Positions 46,946 to 57,354 of a stretch of 64,000 bases of DNA are shown one piece after another (the stretch's first letter is position 1; each line of letters starts with the position of its first letter). The DNA is from Candidatus Doudnabacteria bacterium (GTDB lineage Bacteria > Patescibacteriota > Doudnabacteria > UBA920). The DNA lies in contig JBBREH010000001.1 of assembly GCA_038203095.1 (NCBI GenBank), positions 431-64,430 on the forward strand. Reading direction: 5' to 3'. The notes under the pieces were generated by a model. The model searched no databases and had not been told where the DNA came from. It was given only the letters and a program-made list of their open reading frames with translations. The position numbers and the translations under genes are program-made.

Positions 46946-47939
46946 TGGTAAAATAATTTATATGATTTTAAAAAAGTGTATTGTCATTACAACAATAAAT
47001 GAAACCAATTCTTGCTTGGAGGCTTTTTCTAAATTAAAAGGCTGGGATTTAATAATAGTAGGCGACAAAAAATCCCCAAAATCTTACAACCTAAAAGCAA
47101 TATATTTGGACATAGGCAAACAGGAAAGTTTGTTTCCAAAGTTTTCCGCACAAATGCCTTTTAATCATTATTGCAGAAAAAATTTGGGATATCTATACGC
47201 CATAAAAAATGGTTATGACATAATTGGAGAATCAGATGATGACAACATGCCCTACGAAAATTGGGGTAAATGGCCTATGGCCAAAGAATTTTCTACTATT
47301 ATTGAACCGCGTTACCCAAACATTTACAAAGAATTTACAAAACAAAAAATTTGGCCGCGGGGTTTCCCTTTGGATTTAATTCTATCCAATGAACCTTTAG
47401 TAAAAAAAGAATTGTCAGCTAAGGTCTTGGTTTGGCAAGGTCTGGCCGATGGCGACACCGATGTAGACGCTATTTACCGGTTAATTATCAAACAAGATGT
47501 AATGTTCGATAAAAATAAGGCTGTGGTTTTAAACGCCAAAGTTTTAAGCCCTTTTAATTCACAAAACACCGTATGGCTGAAAGAAGCGTGGCCTTTTTTG
47601 TATTTGCCACATACTGTAACTTTCCGTTACACCGACATATTAAGATCTTTTATCGCCCAGTTTGGCATTTGCGGCCGGGGCGGAGTTTTGGGCTTTATGT
47701 CGCCGACTGTTAGTAGCGTTGAAAGAAATTATCATAATTTGCTTAAAGATTTTGCGGACGAAGTTCCAATGTATAATAGTTTCTATAAAGTTGTGGAGGC
47801 ATTACAAAGCTGTAAAATTACCGGAAAGTCCGAAGATTTGTTTGTTATGTATGAAGCATTGGTAAAAAATAAAATTGTTGAAAAATCTGAGCTTGAATCA
47901 GTCAATGAATGGTTAAGAGTTGTGCAATTTGATTTGTAA
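46932..47939 (+). CDS. Hypothetical protein (possible glycosyltransferase-like)
   Basis: 335-aa ORF within the glycan cluster; no confident family. Confidence 0.4.
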   Translation: MRLFNGKIIYMILKKCIVITTINETNSCLEAFSKLKGWDLIIVGDKKSPKSYNLKAIYLDIGKQESLFPKFSAQMPFNHYCRKNLGYLYAIKNGYDIIGESDDDNMPYENWGKWPMAKEFSTIIEPRYPNIYKEFTKQKIWPRGFPLDLILSNEPLVKKELSAKVLVWQGLADGDTDVDAIYRLIIKQDVMFDKNKAVVLNAKVLSPFNSQNTVWLKEAWPFLYLPHTVTFRYTDILRSFIAQFGICGRGGVLGFMSPTVSSVERNYHNLLKDFADEVPMYNSFYKVVEALQSCKITGKSEDLFVMYEALVKNKIVEKSELESVNEWLRVVQFDL

Positions 47940-47947
47940 TTAGTGCG

Positions 47948-48952
47948 GTGATAAAATTATCTTATTATATGTCTAGATTAAAGCAAAAAACCGCGTTAGT
48001 TTGCGGCGCCGGCGGGTTTATTGGTGGGCATTTGGTTAAGCGCCTGAAGGCCGAAGGCTATTGGGTGAGAGGAGCGGACTTAAAGAGTCCCGAGTTTGAA
48101 GTCACTGCTGCCGATGATTTTATGCTTGTAGATTTAAGGGACGACACTTCGTGGCTTAAAATTTTAGACCGGCCTTTTGACGAAGTCTACCAGCTGGCAG
48201 CGGATATGGGAGGCGCTGGCTATATTTTTACCGGCGAGCACGACGCGGACGTTATGCACAATTCGGCAAGTATTAATTTAAACGCGATTCATTACGGGCA
48301 AAAAGCCGGCACTAAAAAGATTTTTTATTCCTCGTCCGCGTGTATTTATCCGGAATATAACCAAATGGATCCGGCCAACCCAAAATGCGACGAAGTTTCC
48401 GCCTATCCGGCTCAGCCCGATAGCGAGTATGGCTGGGAAAAATTATTCAGCGAGCGGCTCTATTTATCGTACATGCGTAATTACAAGATGGACGTAAAGA
48501 TAGCGCGCTTCCATAATATTTTTGGTCCCCAGGGTACTTATGAAGGGGGTAAGGAAAAAGCTCCGGCCGCCATATGTAGAAAGGTCGCGCAAAGTCCGGA
48601 CGGGGGAGAGATTGAAATTTGGGGTGATGGTTTGCAGACGCGCTCGTTTTTATACATAGACGAATGCCTGGAAGGAGTAAGAAGGTTAATGGAATCGGAT
48701 TTTGCCGGCCCGGTTAACATTGGCTCGGAAGAAATGGTGACTATTAATCAGCTTGCAGAAATGGCAATGGCAATTGCAGGCAAAAAGCTTCATCTCAAGC
48801 ACATAAAAGGTCCGCTCGGTGTGCGGGGCAGAAATTCCGACAATGATTTAATTAAATCTAAAATCGACTGGGCGCCCGGCGCGCCACTTAAAGACGGCTT
48901 AACCAAAACTTACCAATGGATAAAACAGCAAGTCAACCAGAGCGAGGCCTAA
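47948..48952 (+). CDS. NAD-dependent epimerase/dehydratase family protein
   Basis: GAGGFIGGHL Rossmann motif and YxxxK. Confidence 0.7.
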   Translation: MIKLSYYMSRLKQKTALVCGAGGFIGGHLVKRLKAEGYWVRGADLKSPEFEVTAADDFMLVDLRDDTSWLKILDRPFDEVYQLAADMGGAGYIFTGEHDADVMHNSASINLNAIHYGQKAGTKKIFYSSSACIYPEYNQMDPANPKCDEVSAYPAQPDSEYGWEKLFSERLYLSYMRNYKMDVKIARFHNIFGPQGTYEGGKEKAPAAICRKVAQSPDGGEIEIWGDGLQTRSFLYIDECLEGVRRLMESDFAGPVNIGSEEMVTINQLAEMAMAIAGKKLHLKHIKGPLGVRGRNSDNDLIKSKIDWAPGAPLKDGLTKTYQWIKQQVNQSEA

Positions 48953-49854
48953 TTATTGTCCGTCTGTTAGGCGGGCTTGGCAACCAAATGTTCCAGTATG
49001 CACTGGGCCGCAGCCTGTCAATTTTGCATAAACGTGAAATGAGACTAGATTTGGATTTTTATAAAAACCAGAATTCCAAATGGGCTTTAAGGACTTATGC
49101 GCTAGACCATTTTAACATTCATCCGCGTGTTGCGGGTCAAAACGAACTTAGGCCGTTCCAAAAATATTTACAGCCTAAGATTTTTAGCAAATTTTTGCGC
49201 AGAGCCAGTGTAGTAGTGCCTTTTGCGGCTAAATCTTACATTTTTGAACCATTGGGCCAAAATTTTACATTCGACGAACATCTATTAACCGCAAAATTTA
49301 AGATGAAAGTTTACTTGGATGGTTTTTGGCAAACGGAAAAATATTTTAAGCCAATAGAAGATATAATCAGGAAAGATTTTGAATTTGCTGAACAACCCGA
49401 TGCAGTTAATCAGAGGATGCTAAATGAAATTGAAAATCAAACCTCAGTTGCTATCCATATACGCCACGGCGATAACGCAACTAAAATTGCAAGCCATCAC
49501 GGGGTTTTGCCAATTAGTTATTATCAAAAAGCTGTTAAAGAGTTAATCGAAACCATCAACAATCCTTATTTTTACATTTTTTCCGACGATCCGGCATGGG
49601 CAAAAGAAAATTTAAAATTAAACCACCCTTCGGTTTTTGTCAGCCATAATGGCGAAGAAAAGCATTACGAAGATTTACGTTTGATGTCGCGTTGTAAACA
49701 TCATATTATAGGTAACAGCACTTTTAGCTGGTGGGGGGCTTGGCTTGGTAAAAAGACCGGTCAGCAGGTTTACGTGCCGAGTCGCTATCATATGAATACC
49801 AATATTAGCATGGGGAATTTGTATCCAAAAGACTGGAAATTAATCAAGGTATAA
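48916..49854 (+). CDS. GT11-family alpha-1,2-fucosyltransferase
   Basis: Hallmark GGLGNQMFQYA motif; start overlaps the upstream gene. Confidence 0.8.
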   Translation: MDKTASQPERGLIIVRLLGGLGNQMFQYALGRSLSILHKREMRLDLDFYKNQNSKWALRTYALDHFNIHPRVAGQNELRPFQKYLQPKIFSKFLRRASVVVPFAAKSYIFEPLGQNFTFDEHLLTAKFKMKVYLDGFWQTEKYFKPIEDIIRKDFEFAEQPDAVNQRMLNEIENQTSVAIHIRHGDNATKIASHHGVLPISYYQKAVKELIETINNPYFYIFSDDPAWAKENLKLNHPSVFVSHNGEEKHYEDLRLMSRCKHHIIGNSTFSWWGAWLGKKTGQQVYVPSRYHMNTNISMGNLYPKDWKLIKV

Positions 49855-49860
49855 AGAAGT

Positions 49861-50796
49861 ATGCTTAATTTAAAGATAGTAAAAATTTTACTCACCGGCG
49901 GGCATGGATTTTTGGGCGCACAGGTTTATGAACAGTTAATGAAAGAAGGAGCTCAGGCCAAAAATATTAGCCGACCGCGCTCCAAGGTTTTGGATTTGCG
50001 TCGATCGGAAAACGCGGCCAAAGCGGTAAAGGGTCGAGATTTGGTTATTCATTTGGCAGCCAGCGTGGGCGGGATTGGTTATAACCGCGAGCATCCCGGA
50101 AAGTTGTTTTATGATAGCGCGATAATGGGATTAAATTTGATTGAAGCGGCAAGGCTGGCCGGCGTTAAAAAATTCGTTCAAGTTGGCACGGTTTGCGCCT
50201 ACCCAAAACTTACCCCGGTTCCGTTTAAAGAAAAAGATTTATGGAATGGCTATCCCGAAGAAACCAATGCGCCTTATGGATTAGCAAAAAAAATACTTTT
50301 GGTTCAGCTTCAGGCTTATAGACAAGAGTATGATTTTAACGGGATTTATTTACTTCCCGTAAATTTATACGGCCCGGGTGACAATTTTAATCCCGACTCT
50401 TCCCACGTTATTCCGGCGCTTATAAAAAAGTTTGTGGAAGCGGTAAAAAACTATCAGCCCGAAGTTGTTGTTTGGGGTACGGGCAAAGCCAGTCGGGAAT
50501 TTTTATACGTTGACGACGCGGCGCGGGGGATAGTGCTAGCCGCGCAAAAGTATAATAAAAGCGAACCCGTAAATTTGGGTGCGCATTTTGAAATTAAAAT
50601 TAAGCAGCTGGTTCCGATTATTGCAAAACTGACAGGCTTTAATGGAAGAATTGTTTGGGATAAAACTAAACCGGACGGCCAACCCCGAAGAAAACTAGAC
50701 GTTTCGCGGGCAAAAAAGGAATTTAATTTTATTTCCCGAGTCAATTTTGAGGAAGGCCTTAAAAAAACGGTTGATTGGTATAAAGCAACGCGTTGA
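49861..50796 (+). CDS. fcl: GDP-L-fucose synthase (GDP-4-keto-6-deoxymannose 3,5-epimerase/4-reductase)
   Basis: VGTVCAYPK...NAPYGLAKK...[13 protein letters not shown] pattern typical of Fcl/WcaG. Confidence 0.8.
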   Translation: MLNLKIVKILLTGGHGFLGAQVYEQLMKEGAQAKNISRPRSKVLDLRRSENAAKAVKGRDLVIHLAASVGGIGYNREHPGKLFYDSAIMGLNLIEAARLAGVKKFVQVGTVCAYPKLTPVPFKEKDLWNGYPEETNAPYGLAKKILLVQLQAYRQEYDFNGIYLLPVNLYGPGDNFNPDSSHVIPALIKKFVEAVKNYQPEVVVWGTGKASREFLYVDDAARGIVLAAQKYNKSEPVNLGAHFEIKIKQLVPIIAKLTGFNGRIVWDKTKPDGQPRRKLDVSRAKKEFNFISRVNFEEGLKKTVDWYKATR

Positions 50797-50878
50797 TAAA
50801 TTAAAATAGGGTAAATTAAGACAAATGACACAGACAACAAGGGCCTGCCTTTAAGCGATTGGAGAGAGGGCTAAAGAC

Positions 50879-51763
50879 TTGAAAATTTTATTTATGGAAA
50901 CTAAAAATACAATTTTAATAACCGGAGGCACAGGTTATTTGGGCAGTAATATCCTAAAAAAATTAGTGGCTCAAGGCTATCGGATAATTTTATTAAAAAG
51001 GTCTTATTCCAAGACATTTCGGATTAGCGACGTGTTGAATTCTATAGTAACTTATGATATTGATAAGTTGGCGATTGAAAAAATATTTTCAGAACACAAA
51101 ATTGATATTATTTTACACTGCGCCACGGACTATGGAAGGAAGAACATTGAGCCTTTGCAAATCATAGACGCGAATTTAACCTTGCCACTTCGTTTATTGG
51201 AGCTGGGAAAAAGAAACAAGGTTTCTTGCTTTATAAATACCGATACGATTTTGGACAAAAGAGTAAGTCATTATTCTTTATCCAAGCGTCAATTCCACGA
51301 CTGGTTTTTACTTTATCAAAAGGAGCTGTGCTGCGTAAATATTGCTCTGGAGCATTTTTTTGGGCCTGGCGACGACAATACCAAGTTCGTTTCATATATT
51401 GTTAACGAGCTAATCTGTAAAGCGAAAAAAATTGACCTGACTTTGGGCGAGCAAAAACGTGATTTTATTTATATTGACGACGTAGTCGATGGATTTTTAA
51501 AGGTTTTGGGGAAATCCCCGCAAATGGGGAAAGGCTATTTTAAGTTTGAAATCGGCAGCGGGGGCTCAATTTCCATTAAGGACTTAGTAGTTAAAATTAA
51601 GGAATTGAGTCGTAATACAACCACACAACTAAATTTTGGTGCGATTCCTTATCGGGAAAATGAAATCATGCAAAATGAAGTCGACCTTGTTGAAATCAAA
51701 AAACTCGGCTGGGCATGCAAAAATTCCCTTGAAGAAGGCCTTAAAAAAACAATAATTTCATGA
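50879..51763 (+). CDS. NAD-dependent epimerase/dehydratase family protein
   Basis: [14 protein letters not shown] Rossmann motif. Confidence 0.65.
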   Translation: MKILFMETKNTILITGGTGYLGSNILKKLVAQGYRIILLKRSYSKTFRISDVLNSIVTYDIDKLAIEKIFSEHKIDIILHCATDYGRKNIEPLQIIDANLTLPLRLLELGKRNKVSCFINTDTILDKRVSHYSLSKRQFHDWFLLYQKELCCVNIALEHFFGPGDDNTKFVSYIVNELICKAKKIDLTLGEQKRDFIYIDDVVDGFLKVLGKSPQMGKGYFKFEIGSGGSISIKDLVVKIKELSRNTTTQLNFGAIPYRENEIMQNEVDLVEIKKLGWACKNSLEEGLKKTIIS

Positions 51764-52779
51764 AAATTTTAATTACCGGCGGCTGCGGGTTTTTGGGTTC
51801 TAATTTAGCCCAAAAGGCTATCGCGAAAAAATACGAACTGGCAATTTTTGACAACCTTTCCCGCCTGGGCAGCGAGGATAATTTAAAATGGCTCAAGAGC
51901 CAGGGCGAGTTTAAATTTATTAACGCCGACATAAGAAAGCAAAGCGCGGTTGAAAGTGTTATTAAAGAATTTTTACCTGATGTTATATTCCACCTGGCCG
52001 GCCAGGTCGCAATGACTACTTCTTTAAGCAGTCCGAGGGATGATTTTGAAATCAACACTTTAGGCAGTTTAAATGTCCTGGAAGCGGTGAGGCAGTTTTG
52101 CCCCAATGCTTTTGTAGTTTATTCTTCAACCAATAAAGTATATGGAGACTTAGAGTGGGTTAAATACGAAGAGCAGGAAAAACGCTATATTGCCCACGAT
52201 TTTCCAAATGGCTTTAAGGAAAATGTGACTTTAAGTTTTTCTTCGCCTTATGGCTGTTCCAAAGGCAGTAGCGACCAGTATATGTTAGACTATCATAAAA
52301 TGTTCGGCCTAAAAACTGTGGTACTAAGACATTCTTCTATGTACGGCGGCCGGCAGTTCGCGACTTTTGACCAAGGCTGGGTGGGTTGGTTTTGTTCCCA
52401 GGCATTGGAGCAAAAGCAAAATAAGGACAAAGAGCCGTTTACTATTTCCGGCAACGGTAAACAGGTCCGTGACGTGCTCCATGCGGAGGATATGGTAAAT
52501 TTGTACTATAGTTTATGGGACAATTCCAATATGGTTGCCGGCCAGGTTTTTAACATTGGTGGCGGGATGGATAACAGCCTATCCTTACTGGAACTTTTCG
52601 AGCTTTTGGAAACAGAAGTTGGGATTAAGTTAAATTATCGCAAATTGCCGGCCAGAGTAAGTGATCAAAAAGTTTTTGTGGCGGATTTAAGCAAAATTAC
52701 CAATACTATTGGCTGGTTACCAAAAGTCAGCAAATTGGAAGGCATCAGAAAAATGCTGCGATGGTTGGCTGATAAATAA
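51760..52779 (+). CDS. NAD-dependent sugar epimerase (CDP-paratose/tyvelose-2-epimerase-like)
   Basis: [14 protein letters not shown] Rossmann motif; [11 protein letters not shown] catalytic YxxxK region. Confidence 0.6.
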   Translation: MKILITGGCGFLGSNLAQKAIAKKYELAIFDNLSRLGSEDNLKWLKSQGEFKFINADIRKQSAVESVIKEFLPDVIFHLAGQVAMTTSLSSPRDDFEINTLGSLNVLEAVRQFCPNAFVVYSSTNKVYGDLEWVKYEEQEKRYIAHDFPNGFKENVTLSFSSPYGCSKGSSDQYMLDYHKMFGLKTVVLRHSSMYGGRQFATFDQGWVGWFCSQALEQKQNKDKEPFTISGNGKQVRDVLHAEDMVNLYYSLWDNSNMVAGQVFNIGGGMDNSLSLLELFELLETEVGIKLNYRKLPARVSDQKVFVADLSKITNTIGWLPKVSKLEGIRKMLRWLADK

Positions 52780-52784
52780 AAATT

Positions 52785-53486
52785 ATGGAAAATATTAAAT
52801 TAACGGTATTTATACCGGCATATAAAGAAGCTGATAATTTAAAGGTTCTCTTGCCGAGGCTGGTTAAGACGTTGTCCCAAGTAGAGCCTAATTACGAAGT
52901 TCTGGTTGTGGACACAATGGAGCCGATGGACGGCGCTAAAGCAGTCTGCGAGTCAGCCAGCGGGAACGTAGTCTATGCAAACAGAACCGGCGGCAATAAT
53001 TTTGGCGATGCCGTCAGAACCGGCATTTTATTGGCGAGGGGACAATATTTTATCGGAATGGATGGCGACGGTTCGCACGCGCCGGAGTTTATTAAACAAC
53101 TTTACGCGCAAAAGGACAAATTCGACGTAGTTATTGCCTCCCGCTATATTGACGGGGGAGGTACGGAAAATTCCAAAGCCTTAATTGCCATGAGCCAGAT
53201 TGTAAATTTAATCTATTCCTTGGTTTTAAATTTGAATTGCAAAGACGTTTCCAACAGTTTTAAGCTGTATAAAACCTCTGCTTTACAACAGCTCAAGCTG
53301 AAATCAGATAATTTTGACATTGTGGAAGAAATTTTATTTAAACTTAAAAAAGCCAATTCTAATTTAAGCATAAAAGAGCTGCCGTTTACTTTTAAAACAA
53401 GGATGTTTGGCGAAACCAAAAGGAATTTATTTATTTTTATTTTTACGTATCTTTATACACTAATCAAACTACGATTTGAAAAATAA
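52785..53486 (+). CDS. GT2 glycosyltransferase (Dpm1-like)
   Basis: LTVFIPAYKE...VLVVD...GMDGDGSH motifs. Confidence 0.7.
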   Translation: MENIKLTVFIPAYKEADNLKVLLPRLVKTLSQVEPNYEVLVVDTMEPMDGAKAVCESASGNVVYANRTGGNNFGDAVRTGILLARGQYFIGMDGDGSHAPEFIKQLYAQKDKFDVVIASRYIDGGGTENSKALIAMSQIVNLIYSLVLNLNCKDVSNSFKLYKTSALQQLKLKSDNFDIVEEILFKLKKANSNLSIKELPFTFKTRMFGETKRNLFIFIFTYLYTLIKLRFEK

Positions 53487-56154
53487 AATTTTAGGCGCCT
53501 TAATTCAAGGTAAAAAAATAATATCCAGGCATTATTTACAGTTTTTAAGTGTAGGGGGTTTGTTATTTGGCGTGCTTTGGCTAGGTTATACTATAAGAGT
53601 GGTGGGTAGTCGGGAAATTAGCGATCCAGTTATGGTTGTTATTCAGGCTAAAAATAACCAGCAGTTAGCCAGCCAGCCAGCGACTAAATTAGCCCACGCC
53701 GGCAATGTTGTCTTTTTTACACCCAAAAAAACCCAAATAAATACTTGGGCGATTAGCACGGTATTTATTGAAAAGTTGTTTTTTGTGGTAAAAAAAGACG
53801 AGTTGCCAAATATTGACTCCATCCGATTATCCATTGGGCAAAAAGATTTTAATATTAGCAGCACTGATTTGGTAAATTGGCGGCTTGATAATCCCGAGCA
53901 ACAAAGCGCTTACTTTGAGTACGACAAAACCACTGAATATATTGCCGGACTACCCGCGACCATGTATTCTTCGGTCTCCCGCCTGCCTTTTTCTAAAAAG
54001 GTTTTTGGCAATGTTATTAATTGGGGAGGGGACGGGAAGTTGGTTTTAAATCCTTTAATATCAGGAGCAAAGCTTTTTATTTTGGTAATTACGGCGTTAT
54101 TCTTGTATTTCTTCCTTTTTTTATTGCTTTTTCCAAGAAGCCCAGATGAGCCTGACGTGCTGCCTGAGCGGGAGCAAAGAATTGACTTTTTATCTTTTGT
54201 TTTGAGCCTTGCATTAACCCTTGTTGCTTTATTCGTTTTAAGCGTACTCATAAAAATATTTTACAAGCCCGATATTAACATAATTATAAACCAGGCTCGC
54301 GAGTTGTATTTGCCTAACCTGATTGGCAGTTTTGTACCAAAACCGGTAGAAAGAATGCAGTTTGTCCTAAGTGTTTTGGCCACGCCGTTTTTATTGCTCG
54401 GGTTTTATTGCTCGGTGAAGTCTTGGTTAAAAAATTGGGCCGAGTCGACGGTGAGTAAGTTGTATCAAGTTGCGGTTCCGTTTTCCGTGCTATTTATTTT
54501 TGTCATGGTTTTTTGGGGTCTGGCTATGAGCGATTTTTTATACATCCAAAACAGTTATTTTATAAGTCAGTGGGGTAAATATGTTTACGCTTTTTTGCTA
54601 TTTCCGTTGCTGTTATGGGCTTGTTTTTCATATGAAAGCAATTCATATTTAAAAAAAATAATTTCCATTCTGCCTTATATTTTTGTAGTGTTAATAATTT
54701 TTACGGCCTTTTGCTTAAATATTTTTAGCGCCAACAATATACCTGGCGGGCCTTATCATTTTAATCCGATTTTTTATCCCATTGCCCAGATTTTTGGGGG
54801 CAAAACCCTGTTGGTTGGTTTTGGTAGTTTGTACGGCTTATTTCCGATTTTTTTGAATTTTATTTTTAAAATAATTGGTTTTTCAGTATTTAAGATAGCG
54901 GCGGTTATGGGTTTTCTTATCGCCTTGTCGTATTTAGCCTTATTTATTTTTTTAAAAAATACAATCAAAAATAAATTAGTTTTATTGGGCGGTATTTGCA
55001 GCGTATTCTTCTTTTCGTACATAAACCTTCCCCAGGTATATTTTCAGTATTGGCCTATCCGTTTTTTTCCGGCTTGTATTTTTATACTCGCTGTATCCCT
55101 GTTTATTAAAAATGGAAATAATAAATTTTTTTATTATTTAGGTTTTGCCTGGAGTTTTATTGCCGTGCTTTGGAATTTAGAGACGGGCATAGTACTACTC
55201 ACGTCATGGGCGTTAATTTTGGCATACTGTGATTTTTCTCAAGTTAGGGGGATGGCTTTTATGAAAAAAAGCATCGGGCATTTGGCAGTTGGCTTAGGCT
55301 TTTTGCTTTTTAGCGCAGTTGGGCTATATTTTTATACTTATTTAAGAAGCGGAGCTTATCCGGACCTAACTATTTTTTACAAGTATCAAAAATTATTTTT
55401 TTCGGGTTATTTTATGATCCCGATGCTCCCCCCACCGCATATTTGGGCGGTAATTATTTTTACTTATTTAGCAGGGTTGCTTTATTCACTTAAATCATTA
55501 TTTGTTTTTCAGAGTGATGAAAAAAGTAAAATTATTTTTTTTCTTTCAATTTTGGGAATTGGTCTATTTAGCTATTATGAGGGCCGGTCGCATGATGCGA
55601 CATTGGTAGGCCCTTCTTACGTCGCAGTTTTATTATTTACAATTTTTGCCGACAGCTTGCTGGCTTTGGTAAAACGACATGTCCAACCAATGGCTAATAT
55701 GGCAGCATTAATACTGCTGTTGTTTTTGCTATTTGCGGGCCCCGTTAGTCTGATTTCCAATGTTCCGAGGCTCGCCACTATAATACGCGCAAATTTTAGT
55801 TCCCTGCCTATGGCAGATTCGGACATAGCCCGCAATATTACTTTTATAAAGCAATATTCCTCTAAGACAGAAAAAATATTTATTATTTCTTCAAATTATG
55901 ATGGGGTGTATTACACGGAAACAGGTACTGTTTCGGCGCCTGACCTGCCGTCATCAACGGAATATTTTTCAAAAAAAGAAGTTGGTTATATAATTAACTT
56001 TCTGAAGCAAAATACCTCAACAAAAGTATTTTATGATGTAAAAAATCCACTTGTTTTTGGCGAAGAGATAGTTTTAACCTTAAAGACATATTACAATACA
56101 AAACAAGTTAGCGGCGGGGGGCTTGTACTTTTGGAAAAAATAAGCCAAAAATAA
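53476..56154 (+). CDS. Large polytopic membrane protein, candidate GT-C-type glycosyltransferase
   Basis: 892 aa with more than 15 predicted TM helices, directly downstream of a Dpm1-like GT2. Confidence 0.45.
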   Translation: MKNKILGALIQGKKIISRHYLQFLSVGGLLFGVLWLGYTIRVVGSREISDPVMVVIQAKNNQQLASQPATKLAHAGNVVFFTPKKTQINTWAISTVFIEKLFFVVKKDELPNIDSIRLSIGQKDFNISSTDLVNWRLDNPEQQSAYFEYDKTTEYIAGLPATMYSSVSRLPFSKKVFGNVINWGGDGKLVLNPLISGAKLFILVITALFLYFFLFLLLFPRSPDEPDVLPEREQRIDFLSFVLSLALTLVALFVLSVLIKIFYKPDINIIINQARELYLPNLIGSFVPKPVERMQFVLSVLATPFLLLGFYCSVKSWLKNWAESTVSKLYQVAVPFSVLFIFVMVFWGLAMSDFLYIQNSYFISQWGKYVYAFLLFPLLLWACFSYESNSYLKKIISILPYIFVVLIIFTAFCLNIFSANNIPGGPYHFNPIFYPIAQIFGGKTLLVGFGSLYGLFPIFLNFIFKIIGFSVFKIAAVMGFLIALSYLALFIFLKNTIKNKLVLLGGICSVFFFSYINLPQVYFQYWPIRFFPACIFILAVSLFIKNGNNKFFYYLGFAWSFIAVLWNLETGIVLLTSWALILAYCDFSQVRGMAFMKKSIGHLAVGLGFLLFSAVGLYFYTYLRSGAYPDLTIFYKYQKLFFSGYFMIPMLPPPHIWAVIIFTYLAGLLYSLKSLFVFQSDEKSKIIFFLSILGIGLFSYYEGRSHDATLVGPSYVAVLLFTIFADSLLALVKRHVQPMANMAALILLLFLLFAGPVSLISNVPRLATIIRANFSSLPMADSDIARNITFIKQYSSKTEKIFIISSNYDGVYYTETGTVSAPDLPSSTEYFSKKEVGYIINFLKQNTSTKVFYDVKNPLVFGEEIVLTLKTYYNTKQVSGGGLVLLEKISQK

Positions 56155-56249
56155 GAGCGCAAATTTAATACCTATTGACACCTATTGACACCTAAAAATA
56201 CCTCTGCTATGATCGAAATAGAGGTATTTATTTATAATTTTTTCCGATT

Positions 56250-56495
56250 ATGCCCGAAATCAAGCCAAACGAAATATATACCACCGCAGAAACCGAACAA
56301 TTGTTAAAAATCAGCAATAGCACAATGAAGCGCATCATCAAAAGCGGATTGTTGCGCGCTAATAAAATCGGCAAACAGTACAGAATTTTAGGTCATGAAA
56401 TTCTTAGGCTGGTCTCCCCAGATTTGGAAGAGAAATCGGTTAGGGCGTATCAAAATATTAAAGTCAAAGCAAGAGAAAAAACCAGAAGCTGGTAA
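56250..56495 (+). CDS. Helix-turn-helix DNA-binding protein (excisionase/MerR-like HTH_17)
   Basis: YTTAETEQLLKISNSTMKRIIKSGLLRANKIGKQYRI. Confidence 0.5.
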   Translation: MPEIKPNEIYTTAETEQLLKISNSTMKRIIKSGLLRANKIGKQYRILGHEILRLVSPDLEEKSVRAYQNIKVKAREKTRSW

Positions 56496-56499
56496 AATT

Positions 56500-57354
56500 A
56501 TGCTTAGCATTATAACGGCATTATACAAATCGGAAAGGTATTTAGAATCATTTTCAAAAAAAATTGAAAATTTTGTCAATGAGATGCAAAAAGACGGTTT
56601 TCCTACAGAGGTTATTCTAATCCCTAGAGAACCCACGAGTAAAGAAAGAGAGTATATAGACAGGTTAAAAATTCATTCATGGTGCCGCGAAGTAAGTTGT
56701 TCCACCCCCGGGGTTAATGCTGCCTGGAATTCTGGTTTTCTTGCTGCCAAGGGAGATGTTTTTGCTTTTTGCAATACCGATGACTTTCGATACACCTGCG
56801 GCACAAAAGAAGGGATAAAGCTTGTGGAGCAGGGAGCGGATTTGGTCTATTTGCCTTTTCATATTAGGCGCTATCTTATTTTTTTTGGCCGTGATTTTTT
56901 AGTTCATAGGCAGACCATAAATAAGCAGGTGCCGGAGTTTAATGAACAAACCAAGGCCGAATTTTTTCGTTCCATGCTGTGCGGGCCGTTTTTTGTTTTT
57001 AGGAAAAGTTTATTTTTGCGGGTTGGACCTTTTGATGAGCAGTTTAAAAGTGCGGGGGATTTTGACTGGTGCATTCGAGCTGCAAAAATCGGCAAATTGA
57101 AGCGAGGTAGAGAATTGGGTGGCTCTTACCGGGTGGATGGCAACGGAACAAGCGGAGGCGGCAAAGATTTTATTACAGCTGAAAATAACACCATTGCCTT
57201 GCGCCACCATTTTGAGGATAAAATGAAAACAATTAGCCCGGAACTGATGAATCGGTACGATCCTAAGAGTATAACTTTTAGGGGACAGAAGTTTCCTGTT
57301 AATGAAAATGGAAATTTAAATATAAGTTTAATCCCATCATGGCCGATAGTCTAA
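56500..57354 (+). CDS. GT-A-fold glycosyltransferase
   Basis: N-terminal SIITALYKSERYL motif and DXD-like CNTDDF. ATG at 56500; the track start at 56395 lies inside the HTH gene. Confidence 0.55.
   Translation: MLSIITALYKSERYLESFSKKIENFVNEMQKDGFPTEVILIPREPTSKEREYIDRLKIHSWCREVSCSTPGVNAAWNSGFLAAKGDVFAFCNTDDFRYTCGTKEGIKLVEQGADLVYLPFHIRRYLIFFGRDFLVHRQTINKQVPEFNEQTKAEFFRSMLCGPFFVFRKSLFLRVGPFDEQFKSAGDFDWCIRAAKIGKLKRGRELGGSYRVDGNGTSGGGKDFITAENNTIALRHHFEDKMKTISPELMNRYDPKSITFRGQKFPVNENGNLNISLIPSWPIV

Noticed and set aside
56395-56499. ORF-track 5' extension of the GT-A gene overlapping the HTH gene
   Set aside because: The extension has no ATG and is in a different frame from the HTH gene; the family-typical start MLSIITALYK begins at 56500.
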